A stretch of 54,387 bases of DNA. Origin: an uncultured Candidatus Saccharibacteria bacterium (GTDB taxonomy: Bacteria; Patescibacteriota; Minisyncoccia; Phycocordibacterales; SBAW01). Position numbers and translations under genes: made by a program. The stretch spans positions 1 through 54,387 of the forward strand of contig CAYGHD010000004.1 in NCBI GenBank assembly GCA_964349675.1, written 5' to 3'. Each line of letters begins with the position of its first letter. Positions within the stretch are counted from its first letter, which is position 1. The notes beneath the pieces are model-generated. The model had not been told where the DNA came from, ran no database searches, and worked only from the letters and a program-made list of their open reading frames with translations. Below, piece after piece: positions 5,500-15,500 of this stretch.

Positions 5500-8121
5500 T
5501 CAGGGCGACCCAAGCACAAACGGGATCACTTTGTAATTTTCATGCGGCGGTGTTGAAGTGCCGTTATTTTGCGCGCCAGTCGTAAAATACATTTCAAAAT
5601 TTTCAGCATCCTGTGGACTCGGCACGCTGGTGCGAGTCTCCCATATTGCAACAAAAAAATGAGTGCCTGGCGGATACGCATCAAATGACGGGACAAACGT
5701 ATAGTCCACCGGAATTTCCCCAATACCTGGGTAGGACAGATGCCCCACAGATCCTATGGACGTCGAACTGCCGACATCTCCCGCATAAATACCAGCAGAT
5801 CTTAGTGGGCCTACACCCAAAAAACGAGACTCGAAATAACAAAGTCTTGGAGACTGCGGATAATACGTTGCGTTTTGGATAATCGACTGCACGTCGGGCG
5901 TACAAAAGAATCCAACATCAGGATCATGAAAACTGTTACGGAGCCCTGGCGACCCTCCAACGTACCCGCGATTTATATCTTCACTGGGCGTATACAAATC
6001 ATTACTTGCCCAATTTGACGCAAGAAGACCGGAAGTATCTGCATCAATACGCTCCATAGAAAGTGTGTTTTGGTATCCATTTTCAGAGACAACGCCAAAC
6101 GACGATCCCGCGCACCATCCGCCACAAGTTGCAACAGAGGGCGTCTCGTCAAATGTTGTGGTTGCTCGCCCGTTGTTATGCACCAAGGTAAGTTGTGCTC
6201 CTGAAGCAGGCAGTACCTCAAATGTCGTGCGTAAAACTCCCCCACCCAAGGGAAACAGGGGGCCTCCCCGCTCTATAACATAATGTCCAAAACTTATATC
6301 TGTCGGCTCAGAGCCAGTAACTGTTCCGGATAATGGAATATACTGCGTTCCACCTTCTGTCACAGCTATTCCTACCCGAGCTAAATCAATAACAAATGGG
6401 GTTCTGTTTTTTAACTCTAACCATTGTGATTCAGGAGAATGACTCAACCCTGCCCACCCGACTTCATTTATGACCACTGGCTTTGTAAACACAAAGACAG
6501 ATTTTTCCAGAGAGACGGCTTCTGTGCTTGACGCATCCCGAGCAACTACGAAGACAGTTGAGGTTGCATGGTCAGAAAGCAATATAGCGGAACTAGTGGC
6601 AGTGGTAACACCTGTGCTCACCGCATTTACAAACAACTCATATGTTTGTGCACCTTCCACAATATCCCATGATGCAAAAACTTCCGCAGCAGCACTGACA
6701 CAAAAATGGGGACTCAAAGAATAGTTGCACTCACGTATCGATAGCGTGGGCGGAGTTGTTGATGCAGTAAAAAAAATTGGCGCAATGATCACCTCTTCTG
6801 TAGAAGTTGCTACAGTGTCTTCGGTGCTTGTAGCTATAGGCGGAGGCTCAACAAAAAGTTCTTCTTTTGGCGGCACGCTGGTACCGCCAACCGCAGCAGA
6901 CCCAACAAACACAGGGAGTGGCGCTTGTGTAGTACTGGCCACAGTAGTTGCGGGTGGAGAGCTGGTCGACTCGACAACAGGCTCCAACGTAGGCAGTACA
7001 ACCTCTTGCAAAGGCGTGCGCGTTTCTCTGACGACTGGGGGAGGTGTTGTTGTTTGATTTGTTTTTGGCGCTGGTATTGCCGCCACGGCTGCCGGCTGTA
7101 GACCAGCCAACTCTGTCGCATCTTCTGTGTTTAAACTAGAACCATATAAACTTTTTACCACTCCAAATTCGTTTTTTGGCGCCGGATCTACCGCCTCTGG
7201 GGCACGGGCAAATACTGAGAAAGCTGTTTGGGCAGCAGCATACCCACCACGAACAAGAGTAGCCGCAGTATTAAGTGCAAGAGCTGTCCCTTTATATGCA
7301 ACGACGGCGCCAAACCGCAAACCCTGCGCAACTGGGTCAGTAACTGCAAGCACGACTTGTTGTGCCCGGTAACTCAACGTTGGATCAGGAGGACTAAAAC
7401 AATCTCCAGACTCAGAGCTATATGTGGGCACTAATATTGCCAAACTATCTGACATGTCAGACAGTACGCGGGTTGGAGCTGCCGCCAAATATGCATTACT
7501 GAATGAGTGTCCAGGGAATAGCTCGTCGAACTCACTTTTTGGCAAAATTGCCTGCATATTTGGCGGCAGCGGTTGCGGACCACCTGCTTTTTGAGCAGCC
7601 TCGGCCAATGTGCCAATGAGCGCATCCTGTGCAAACGTAAGATATTTACCCCCACCCGCAGTAAATGTGGCCGGGCTCGCCACGTTATACACCCCCACCG
7701 ATTCTCTTGGCTCCCCATGCGCCAAAAGATATTCATACATTGCATTGGTGTAAAATGACCCCTGTGAATGCCCGACCAATAGCAATTTGCGGGTTTTTAT
7801 TTGTGGTTGTATTTGCCGCAAGATAGTGTCACGGTCAAAATTTGAGACAGTGGAACCAAACAACTGAAAAGTCGTCTGCGTTACATCCCCCAGTCCAGCT
7901 AAATGCGACGGGTTGTAAGCTGTAACAAAGTTAACGTCTTTTCTATTCGTAAGAATAACAAAGGCGTCTCTTAAGTTATTTTTGTCTTTATCTGCATCAC
8001 TTTGTTTATTCAGAATCCCATTTACATACACAACAGTATAACCATCTTGGAGGCACGCACCGAAAACTAACCCTGGACTTAGTGCCACCAACATTATCAA
8101 AGTTAGTAACAAATATTTCAT
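5500..8121 (-). CDS. Secreted serine hydrolase (lipase/cutinase-like GHSQG elbow) fused to a Pro/Thr-rich linker and a lamin-tail domain (LTD)
   Basis: 873 aa. The N-terminal signal peptide is MKYLLLTLIMLVALSPGLVFG. The nucleophile elbow LLLVGHSQGSFY is at residues 113-124, and the P/T/S-rich linker at about 340-460. The LTD-like block is VVINEVGWAG...SQWLELKNRT at residues about 545-665. Confidence 0.8.
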   Translation of the reverse strand: MKYLLLTLIMLVALSPGLVFGACLQDGYTVVYVNGILNKQSDADKDKNNLRDAFVILTNRKDVNFVTAYNPSHLAGLGDVTQTTFQLFGSTVSNFDRDTILRQIQPQIKTRKLLLVGHSQGSFYTNAMYEYLLAHGEPRESVGVYNVASPATFTAGGGKYLTFAQDALIGTLAEAAQKAGGPQPLPPNMQAILPKSEFDELFPGHSFSNAYLAAAPTRVLSDMSDSLAILVPTYSSESGDCFSPPDPTLSYRAQQVVLAVTDPVAQGLRFGAVVAYKGTALALNTAATLVRGGYAAAQTAFSVFARAPEAVDPAPKNEFGVVKSLYGSSLNTEDATELAGLQPAAVAAIPAPKTNQTTTPPPVVRETRTPLQEVVLPTLEPVVESTSSPPATTVASTTQAPLPVFVGSAAVGGTSVPPKEELFVEPPPIATSTEDTVATSTEEVIIAPIFFTASTTPPTLSIRECNYSLSPHFCVSAAAEVFASWDIVEGAQTYELFVNAVSTGVTTATSSAILLSDHATSTVFVVARDASSTEAVSLEKSVFVFTKPVVINEVGWAGLSHSPESQWLELKNRTPFVIDLARVGIAVTEGGTQYIPLSGTVTGSEPTDISFGHYVIERGGPLFPLGGGVLRTTFEVLPASGAQLTLVHNNGRATTTFDETPSVATCGGWCAGSSFGVVSENGYQNTLSMERIDADTSGLLASNWASNDLYTPSEDINRGYVGGSPGLRNSFHDPDVGFFCTPDVQSIIQNATYYPQSPRLCYFESRFLGVGPLRSAGIYAGDVGSSTSIGSVGHLSYPGIGEIPVDYTFVPSFDAYPPGTHFFVAIWETRTSVPSPQDAENFEMYFTTGAQNNGTSTPPHENYKVIPFVLGSP

Positions 8122-8125
8122 ACTC

Positions 8126-8755
8126 TTAAGTACGCAATAAACTCAAATCACACGCTTCACTATTAACATCTGAATAGGACGTCATAAACTTATTGAAAAA
8201 ATTTTCTCGCGTGTTTTTTCTTTCCGAGTTATTAAAAATCAAACTTTCGATTTGAAATTTGCTTTCGCTGACTGAATTTAAAAGAGAAGTTGTTGTTTGA
8301 AAACTATCCTTTAACTGAGATCTTGTTGTTGCTATACACAGACTTCCTCGACTAACCTGTTGAATAACAGCCACCAGAGTCTCTGAATTAGATACCTCTG
8401 TTAACTCCATTTGGAGTGCTTTTGCATACTGCAGCTCAGCAGCTCGAATACGGGGAGAGTCGGGATATTTTTTAAAAATAGCAAGCTCAACATCATCTCG
8501 AATGCCGTTTTTGTTTGCATCAACTCCCGCAAGTGTCGCGTTGTTCTCTTCTTCATTAGGGGTCGGGGGCAAGTGCGCGCCCATAACGTCGTCCAGGGTT
8601 ATTTTTTGAGCATGTATGTGCGCAACGGCTTCCACAGTACGTTCCTTTTCTCCCACCGCGGGTATTCGATACAGCACAAATCCTACATACAACACCAAAA
8701 GCACCCCGAGCGGCCATCGAGCAAACCGCCAGACTCGTTTGAGCGGAGGTTTCAT
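8126..8755 (-). CDS. Membrane-anchored hypothetical protein
   Basis: The ORF 8126..8776 has a preferred start at M8 (MKPPLKRVWRF...). It has one N-terminal TM helix and a 4-nt gap to the downstream 873-aa gene. The segment is AT-rich. Confidence 0.65.
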   Translation of the reverse strand: MKPPLKRVWRFARWPLGVLLVLYVGFVLYRIPAVGEKERTVEAVAHIHAQKITLDDVMGAHLPPTPNEEENNATLAGVDANKNGIRDDVELAIFKKYPDSPRIRAAELQYAKALQMELTEVSNSETLVAVIQQVSRGSLCIATTRSQLKDSFQTTTSLLNSVSESKFQIESLIFNNSERKNTRENFFNKFMTSYSDVNSEACDLSLLRT

Positions 8756-8802
8756 ACTATATAAAAATGGTAGCATACCCTTATTTTTTCAACCTGCTCC
8801 TT

Positions 8803-8836
8803 TTACAAAGGTCGCATCTCCGGAACTGTGGATAAC
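8803..8836. repeat. REP-like repeat, left copy (ttacaaaggtcgcatctccggaactgtggataac)
   Basis: Exact reverse complement of 9592..9625 (34/34). Confidence 0.9.
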
Positions 8837-9522
8837 CCGCCATACTCCCGTCCAGCTTTGTACCACCAAAAAAGACTATCGAGATCATTCTGCCGTAATA
8901 AAAAATCTGGAGAGGCGTGTAGGGAAAGGAGATTCCTTTGGGGCCGAAGCTCACTTTGATGAGTATAGTCTCTAAAACTACTAAACGGATAGTCTTCTAC
9001 AAACTTTTTAGATTGCATAGACGGCGCGGACTTTTTGTCTTTCCATCCGTATTCGACTATATCAAGCGGATTTAAATGTACATATGCAAATAAGTACCGG
9101 AAGTATGCTTCGTTATCAACATGCCTACTTTTAAAACGGCCCTGGAACAAAACTCCGCTGTGTGAATGTTTAAGATTAAAATACATCGCATATCCCACCC
9201 CAATACGCTTCATATACAAAGTGATACCGTTTTCTACTTTCTGACGCAACACAAGATGGATATGATTTGGCATCAAAGAGTAAGCCAGAACGTCGACGAG
9301 CGATTTATCTGTCTCTTCATGTGTAAAAACATCCAACATTGAACGACTTTCATACTTCCCCAGCAAATCCCTGATATTTATTGGCGCCGTGTTATTTGCC
9401 AAAAACAGCAACAATAAAAAACGGTGGTAATCTTTCTCTTCTATAAAAACGTCGCGCTTGTGGGCACCACGATTAAACACATGGTATGTCTCGCCCGCAA
9501 CCAACGGAGCGTCCCTGCTCAT
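8803..9522 (-). CDS. IS200-like Y1 (HUH) transposase / REP-associated tyrosine transposase (RAYT)-like
   Basis: 239 aa with YHVFNRGAHKRDVF and the HUH motif MPNHIHLV. The catalytic-Tyr region is FRYLFAYVHLNP. The last roughly 11 codons lie inside the flanking repeat. Confidence 0.85.
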   Translation of the reverse strand: MSRDAPLVAGETYHVFNRGAHKRDVFIEEKDYHRFLLLLFLANNTAPINIRDLLGKYESRSMLDVFTHEETDKSLVDVLAYSLMPNHIHLVLRQKVENGITLYMKRIGVGYAMYFNLKHSHSGVLFQGRFKSRHVDNEAYFRYLFAYVHLNPLDIVEYGWKDKKSAPSMQSKKFVEDYPFSSFRDYTHQSELRPQRNLLSLHASPDFLLRQNDLDSLFWWYKAGREYGGLSTVPEMRPL

Positions 9523-9563
9523 TTGCCCCCATTGTAGATGTTTCTAAAAAAAATAAATGGGGT

Positions 9564-9634
9564 TATCCCCAGTTACAAAGGTCGCACCTTTGTTATCCAC
9601 AGTTCCGGAGATGCGACCTTTGTAACTGGGGATA
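9564..9634. repeat. REP-like hairpin, right copy (23-bp perfect stem 9564-9586 / 9612-9634 enclosing the 34-bp repeat 9592-9625)
   Basis: tatccccagttacaaaggtcgca ... tgcgacctttgtaactggggata. A nested shorter hairpin pairs tatccacagtt with aactggggata. Confidence 0.9.
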
Positions 9635-9692
9635 GCGGAGGGGGCAGAGAAATGGCGGAGAGGTGGCGGGAGGATGGTGGACGGTGGGGTGA

Positions 9693-11897
9693 TTAGGGTT
9701 GGGAGATGGCGGAAAGGAAGGTTGGGTCGGTTTCAACCAGGCCGGGAGATTTTTGGCGCAGTAGGTCAACTATCTGCCCTGCTTTTACTTTATCTCCGGT
9801 CAAAAATACAACTTTTGCATAGTCATACAGCACTGGGTAGTTGGTTGGCGTGTCACCCAATACGTCGGCTAAAAACAGCGCCGCATGCGGCCAGTCCTCA
9901 ACAGCGATGTAATATTTTGCAGCATGTTTTGCAACGTCAGGGTTGCCAACATAGAGCTCGAGCCCCTCGCTTGCCCACCTTGCCGCCTCGGTTTTGTTTT
10001 GAAGCGCGAGGTAGACGTTTGCGATGATAAATCGTGGATCAGCAAACTTCGGCACTGCTGCCGCGTACGCTTGCAGAATAGTAATCGCTTCTTTGTATGC
10101 AGTATTTTTTGCCTGTTGCGTAGTAGCAACGTCTCCTTTGCGGAGCGCAATGTTTGAGAGCAGATAGTGCGACTGCGCCTGTTTTGGAGACAACAAAATA
10201 GCTCGCTCCAGTACCCTGCGGAGCTCTACTTCATTGATCCCCACCTCGCTCGGCGCTGTGTCTATGACGTGCGCCAAATATACAGCGGTACGCGCATCGT
10301 ACGGATAGCGCTCGAAGTTTTTTTGCAATACTTTTTGGGCAAAAGCGTGTGCTTTCACTCTGTCGACGCCGCGCAATTGCACAAGCTGTTGTTCGGTATA
10401 CAACACATACACTTGGTAGCCATACTCAAGGTCGGCATAGGTGTGCAGTGCAAGCCCCCGTTCCATTGCGGCAAGATAACGGTCAACATCGGCTACTTGA
10501 TAGACATACCCATCTGCCAGCGCCCAATTTGCCCGCAGGGGTTGTATACACACCGGCGCCAGCAAAGTGAGCAGCGCCACACCCACCACTGGCGCCGCAT
10601 ATTTTTTATACGGCACCCGCAATGCCTGCGGCGAAACAACATTGTCAGTAAATGACGCAGCATACAGCATCAGCAGCAACCAAAGCGTTACTGCAGTATC
10701 AAAAACAAAGAAGTTTTGTACTGCATATACGATGCCGATGAGCATGAGGCCCCAACCAAAACGCTCTGCGCGCCGACGCCACCCCTGCCATATAACTCCT
10801 CCGATAAGTGCACAGTAGAGCGCAAACCCCACAACACCAAACTGCACAAAGTAATCGAGAAAAGCGTTATGCGAGCGGTCAAACCACTGCTCCACAATGA
10901 GGCCTGGGTCATACGCTTGGTTAAATAGCGGTGCAATCTGCTCTGCACCGTATCCAACCCATGGCCGTTCAAGCCCTTTTGCAAACAAATGCTGCCATAC
11001 AAACAAGCGGCTCGAGACGGTTCCTTCGGTGAGCGATATGGATGCAACACGCTTAATCGGTTCAAAAGGCACCTCGGCCAACTGTGCACGAAACATAAAA
11101 AATAAACCCGCAACAATACCAAGGAGCACCACACCCACCCGAGCAATTGTTTTGTATCTGTTTTTGTTGCTCAAGGCGACATATACAAGTGCACAAAATG
11201 CTGCAACCAAGAGCGCCAACAGCGTACCTCGTGTTGCGGTCAGCAACACCACAAGCACTTGCATACCAGCGCTTGCATATGCCCCGATACGCCACCGGCG
11301 TGTATAGGCAGGAGCCACGGCAATGGTCGCAAAAAATGTTATCCCCAAATATGCCGCAAGAAACGCGGCATTTCCAAACGTTCCTCCGATGCGGCCTTGA
11401 GCGCTCTCAATAAAAAGCATGTCCGCCCCAGACACCAACTGCACCCACTGCAGCAGCGCGTACCCTGCTACCATCGTGCCTACCCATGCAGCGCCTGTGT
11501 ATATTTTTTTTAGATGCGCTGCTTGTGCATATATGAGTGTTGTGTAAAAAAATACCACGCACACCGACAGCGTCAGTAAGCCGTCTCCGCGTTCAAACGT
11601 TGACCAAAAGCTCCTATAAAAGTCGGCTCCAAAGAGCGAAGTGCTGTATGCAACAACAAGCAAGAGTCCGGGTATCCATGTCCAAACAGAAGCAAGCCGC
11701 TTCCAAAACAGCTGCGTCCCGCTCAGCAGCAGATATGCAAACGCTGCAAGCAAGATAACTCCCAAACCACGCAGCAGTAGTGTTTTGGGAGCTAAGTACG
11801 GATACAGCATCCCGTCCATGTACAAGAGCGGCAACACAAGCGGAGCCAGCAGAAGCCAAGACAGCAGGGTTGCAATACGCTCTTTCATACGAGACAT
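9693..11897 (-). CDS. O-antigen ligase/polymerase (Wzy_C-like) multi-pass membrane protein with C-terminal TPR domain
   Basis: 734 aa with about 10-12 TM helices. The motif RGTLLALLV...DRSHNAFLDYFVQFGVVGFALY is present. The C-terminal roughly 270 aa are TPR-like helical repeats. Confidence 0.8.
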   Translation of the reverse strand: MSRMKERIATLLSWLLLAPLVLPLLYMDGMLYPYLAPKTLLLRGLGVILLAAFAYLLLSGTQLFWKRLASVWTWIPGLLLVVAYSTSLFGADFYRSFWSTFERGDGLLTLSVCVVFFYTTLIYAQAAHLKKIYTGAAWVGTMVAGYALLQWVQLVSGADMLFIESAQGRIGGTFGNAAFLAAYLGITFFATIAVAPAYTRRWRIGAYASAGMQVLVVLLTATRGTLLALLVAAFCALVYVALSNKNRYKTIARVGVVLLGIVAGLFFMFRAQLAEVPFEPIKRVASISLTEGTVSSRLFVWQHLFAKGLERPWVGYGAEQIAPLFNQAYDPGLIVEQWFDRSHNAFLDYFVQFGVVGFALYCALIGGVIWQGWRRRAERFGWGLMLIGIVYAVQNFFVFDTAVTLWLLLMLYAASFTDNVVSPQALRVPYKKYAAPVVGVALLTLLAPVCIQPLRANWALADGYVYQVADVDRYLAAMERGLALHTYADLEYGYQVYVLYTEQQLVQLRGVDRVKAHAFAQKVLQKNFERYPYDARTAVYLAHVIDTAPSEVGINEVELRRVLERAILLSPKQAQSHYLLSNIALRKGDVATTQQAKNTAYKEAITILQAYAAAVPKFADPRFIIANVYLALQNKTEAARWASEGLELYVGNPDVAKHAAKYYIAVEDWPHAALFLADVLGDTPTNYPVLYDYAKVVFLTGDKVKAGQIVDLLRQKSPGLVETDPTFLSAISQP

Positions 11898-12451
11898 TAC
11901 TCGGATGTTTCTCCGAGGATCTCGCGCAAGGTACGCTCTGCAGTTTCAAGTGCGGCAGTATCCGAAGGGAGATATTTTTTCAAAAACTCAATGTATGCCG
12001 TGTGATAAAAAACAGCGTCAAACTCTGAGTGCACTGCTTTTTCAAAGGCTGCTTGCGCAGTGTGATAGGCACCCAGACGGGTCATCAACTGTGCCATGTT
12101 GTACCAGACCAAACCACTGTTTGGTCCTGCGGCGGCAGCTTTGTTTAAATATTCATATGTCTTTTTGCCATCTCCAAGCAGCTCGTATTGGTTTGCAATG
12201 CTAATGTACAGTTCATAGTCAGAAAACTGCTCTTTACCAAAAAGCTTTTCGAGCCGTGCTATTTCTTTTTTTGCTTTGTCGCTCTGCGACGCATCGCCAG
12301 CACTCACCGCTGGAAACGTCCAAGAGAAAGCCGCGTCCTTTGTAGAGAGCGGAAGCATTATTGGGGTTTTTGTTTTATACCAAACAGCAAACACACCGCC
12401 TCCTACAAGTATCATTGCAAGCACAGCGCTTATGAGTATTTTCTTTTTCAT
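11897..12451 (-). CDS. Membrane-anchored TPR-repeat protein
   Basis: 184 aa with the N-terminal TM helix MKKKILISAVLAMILVGGGVFAVW and TPR-like repeats (ANQYELLGDGKKTYEYLNKA...). Its stop overlaps the start of the downstream gene by 1 nt. Confidence 0.75.
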   Translation of the reverse strand: MKKKILISAVLAMILVGGGVFAVWYKTKTPIMLPLSTKDAAFSWTFPAVSAGDASQSDKAKKEIARLEKLFGKEQFSDYELYISIANQYELLGDGKKTYEYLNKAAAAGPNSGLVWYNMAQLMTRLGAYHTAQAAFEKAVHSEFDAVFYHTAYIEFLKKYLPSDTAALETAERTLREILGETSE

Positions 12452-12484
12452 ACTCCGAGTATACCGCTCTGTCCCCTAAAATAC

Positions 12485-12520
12485 AAAACCGCCCCAGCGT
12501 ATGCTGGGGCGGTTTGTTTT
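12485..12520 (-). terminator. Bidirectional intrinsic terminator (AACCGCCCCAGC-gtat-GCTGGGGCGGTT)
   Basis: Perfect 12-bp stem with A/T runs on both sides, 40 nt downstream of the giant gene stop. Confidence 0.85.
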
Positions 12521-12560
12521 GTCAGGCCAATTCCCTGACTAGAATCCTTCGTGAGAAGAA

Positions 12561-15500
12561 TTAGAAGTTGACCGAACGAGTACCAAGGGTAATCGGCAAG
12601 GTCTTCACAAGGTAGTCATCTGTCCAGTCAGACGTAGACTCGCTGTGAACGGTGCTGATCGATGAGCGATCTGTCCAGCCGAACGATGGAGTTGAAGCCA
12701 CTGTATCTGCTGCGACACCGGTTGCTGTGCCTGTGGTGATCGACGTAGAAGGGTTTGCGATGCTGACGCTAACCGAGTTTGCACCCGATGCGATGCCGCC
12801 AACCGTTCCGCGAAGCTCGTAGGTTCGTGACGAACCTGCGGTTACCTGCTGTTCGCTGTCTGCAACGAAGGTAAGGTTACCGCTAGTTGCACCAGAGAGG
12901 GAGTCACCACCGGGAATTGCACCGGTAGTTGTACCGAATACACCCGCAACTGATACTGCTGAGCCGCTCGTAATGTCCCAGAGCTTAATGGTCGAAGTTG
13001 CGCCGAGCGTAATTGCTGCGGTTTTGTTGACGGTGAAAGAAATTTTCTTCCAGCCAATATCACCTGAATTATCAGCTGACACTTTTACGCGACCAAGCAC
13101 CTGGTCAGAACCTGCTTGCAGCGTTGTGCTGTCGAGCGCAACTGCTGAAAGGGTTGCAATAGACTTGCGGACATACAGAGTACCTTTGCCGCTGGTTGCA
13201 GCTGAGTTTAGGTCAGATGCGCTGAGCGAGGTGTCTGCCGTGCCTGAAGAGTCTGTTGCGTTGAAGCCTTCACCTGCATCCAAGAGTACCGAGATAGCTG
13301 CACCAGTTGATGCGCCAGACGCGATAGTTGGGATACTGACGTAGACATCGAGGTCGCGGTCAGTGTTTTCTGGGATGTAGAAGGTAAGACCGGTGAAGGT
13401 AGACGTTGCGTGGGTCTGGCCTGCTCCTGTAGAGAGCGCCACTGCCTGTGTCGCGGTCTGCTCAGCACCGTTTATGTCTTTGTATTTCAGCATGACGCTT
13501 GATACAGAAGTTGCTGCGTTTGCAGGGATTTTAACAGCGACTTTGTCTACTGTGTATCCAGAGTACTGTGTCGTAAAGCGGAACGAACCAACTTTAACTG
13601 ACGTTGCACCTGCAACTACGTTTGCAGCATCTGGAGTAGAACCAGTGTTGACAGCTGCGGTAAGCACTGCGCTACCGATGGTGATGGTCTGCAGGGTTGC
13701 TGCAGTACCAACGCTCACTGAGTTACCAGTGATAGATGCGGTACCGGTTGTGTTTGTCGTAACTGTTGTTGCTGGAATTGCACCAGCTGAAGCATCAGTC
13801 TTCACATTTGCGTACACATCAATGGTCTTTGTACCAGACGCTGGAATGTTAATGCTTACAGAAAACGCGTTGGTTGTACCAACTGTCGACTTTGCTGTAC
13901 CTATTACGGCATTACCGTTTGTAGGATCTTTAAGCACGAGGTCTGAGATGAGTGAACTCACAGCTGACCCGAAGCCAATTTCGATTGTATTGACGTTCAC
14001 TCCTTCGGTAGAACCGCCAGAGAGTACGAACGAACCGATCTTAGCGTTTTGTGAGCCAGCAATGATGGTCTGGTTACCATAGCCTGAAGCCTTTGTCGCA
14101 GTGAGCGAAGCAGAAGCAACGGTGATGGTGTTACCAGAGACAGTACCGGTAGGGACGTTCACGCTTGAGAGCGAGATCTGACCCTGACCGTTCTGAGAAC
14201 CTGCAGTCAATGAAACAGCTACTGTTTCAGTGTTTGAGAGGTTTGTTGAAGTTGAAGTCTTCGCATCTGCGTAGATGTCAACAGTTGCGACAGTGCCAGC
14301 CTTGAGGATCATTGATGAACCGAATGTGAAGTTCACATCAGTTGCCTCAACGAGGTCCTTTGTAGAGCCGATCTGCACACCATTGAGAAATACTTTACCG
14401 TTGTCGAGACCACCGTTATGCACAGAGGTGTTGACGTTAACGTTCAGACTCTCAACTTTTACATCTTCACCGTTCGCAAGGAACTTGAAGGATGCCCACT
14501 TAACATTTGAAGCGCCAACTGACACGTTTTGCGTTGGAGAGTCCGACGCGCGGGTGATTGAAGGAGCTGATGTTGAGATAGAGTTGATTGTTGCTGAAGT
14601 TGCGGTGCGAGGTGAGAAGGTTGTACCGGCTGCAGTTGGGAGCACTGGCTGGTTAAGGTCAGTGTCTACCATGATTGCATCAGATGGGTAGCGCAGCGAC
14701 AAGCTGAAAGTGCGTGATGCACCGCCAACTACGTCTGCAAGTACTTTCACCACACGACCGCCAGTCTCAATACGAACTGGAGAAGCTGAGAGGTCGAAGG
14801 TGACTATGCTATTTGCGTCAACTGTTGCAACTGCTGAGCCAACCTGCACGCCGTCTACATAGAGGCGGAAGTTGCGGACATCACCAGTTTGGATAGAACC
14901 GATGTTGCGGAGTGCGAATGACTTCATAGTCACTGCGCGCGTACCGACAGTGATGTTGTTCTGCCAAACAGTATAGTCAGCTTGTGGGTCAACGGTGCTT
15001 ACAGAAGGAAGCGTTGATGTGTTGAAGTCAACTGTCGCAAGCGTTGCGGCAGATACTGACTGCAAACCGCCGTTGATTGGGAAGGACACAGAAGAGTCAA
15101 GTGCTCCTGATGCGCCAACTGAAACCAACTGAACGCCGATCTGCTGACCAGAGGTTGAACCTGCAATGTCAGAGCGTACAGACACAGTGTATGTGCTGCC
15201 AGCTGGGACAGTGAAGAGACCTACTGGGTTGCTGTAGTTGAATGCCGAGTTGCTGACGCCAGCTGAGTCGGTCAAACGAACTGCACCATTGTAGATGTAC
15301 ACGTTCGTCATTGTTGAGTCGTTAGAAACACCAATGCGCTTGAACGCGAGGTTAGTAACTACAACTGACGCAGATGTTGGGTTAGCAAAAGTGAACTTTG
15401 CGAGCTCACCTGCTGCCTGACCCTGCACGAGCGAAACGTTTACTGGTGAGTCAGATGCGAGCATGACTTTGAGGCCATTGCCCGTAACTGGAGTACCTGG

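Larger units (their letters stand above)
8803..9634 (-). mobile_element. RAYT/IS200-like unit: transposase gene bracketed by inverted REP-like hairpins
   Basis: A Y1 transposase CDS plus perfect 34-bp inverted repeats at both ends. GC content is lower than in neighbouring genes by spot counts. Confidence 0.7.

Noticed and set aside
4606-5556. 316-aa plus-strand ORF.
   Set aside because: It is antisense to rplL, rplJ and their leader. The ribosomal protein frames are clearly the real ones.
13393-14082. 229-aa plus-strand ORF, along with 12973..13344, 14275..14691 and others, inside the giant surface-protein gene.
   Set aside because: These are antisense shadow ORFs of a long, compositionally biased (GC3-skewed, stop-poor) gene. 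They have no motifs, and the minus-strand frame has a signal peptide and a PG-binding domain.
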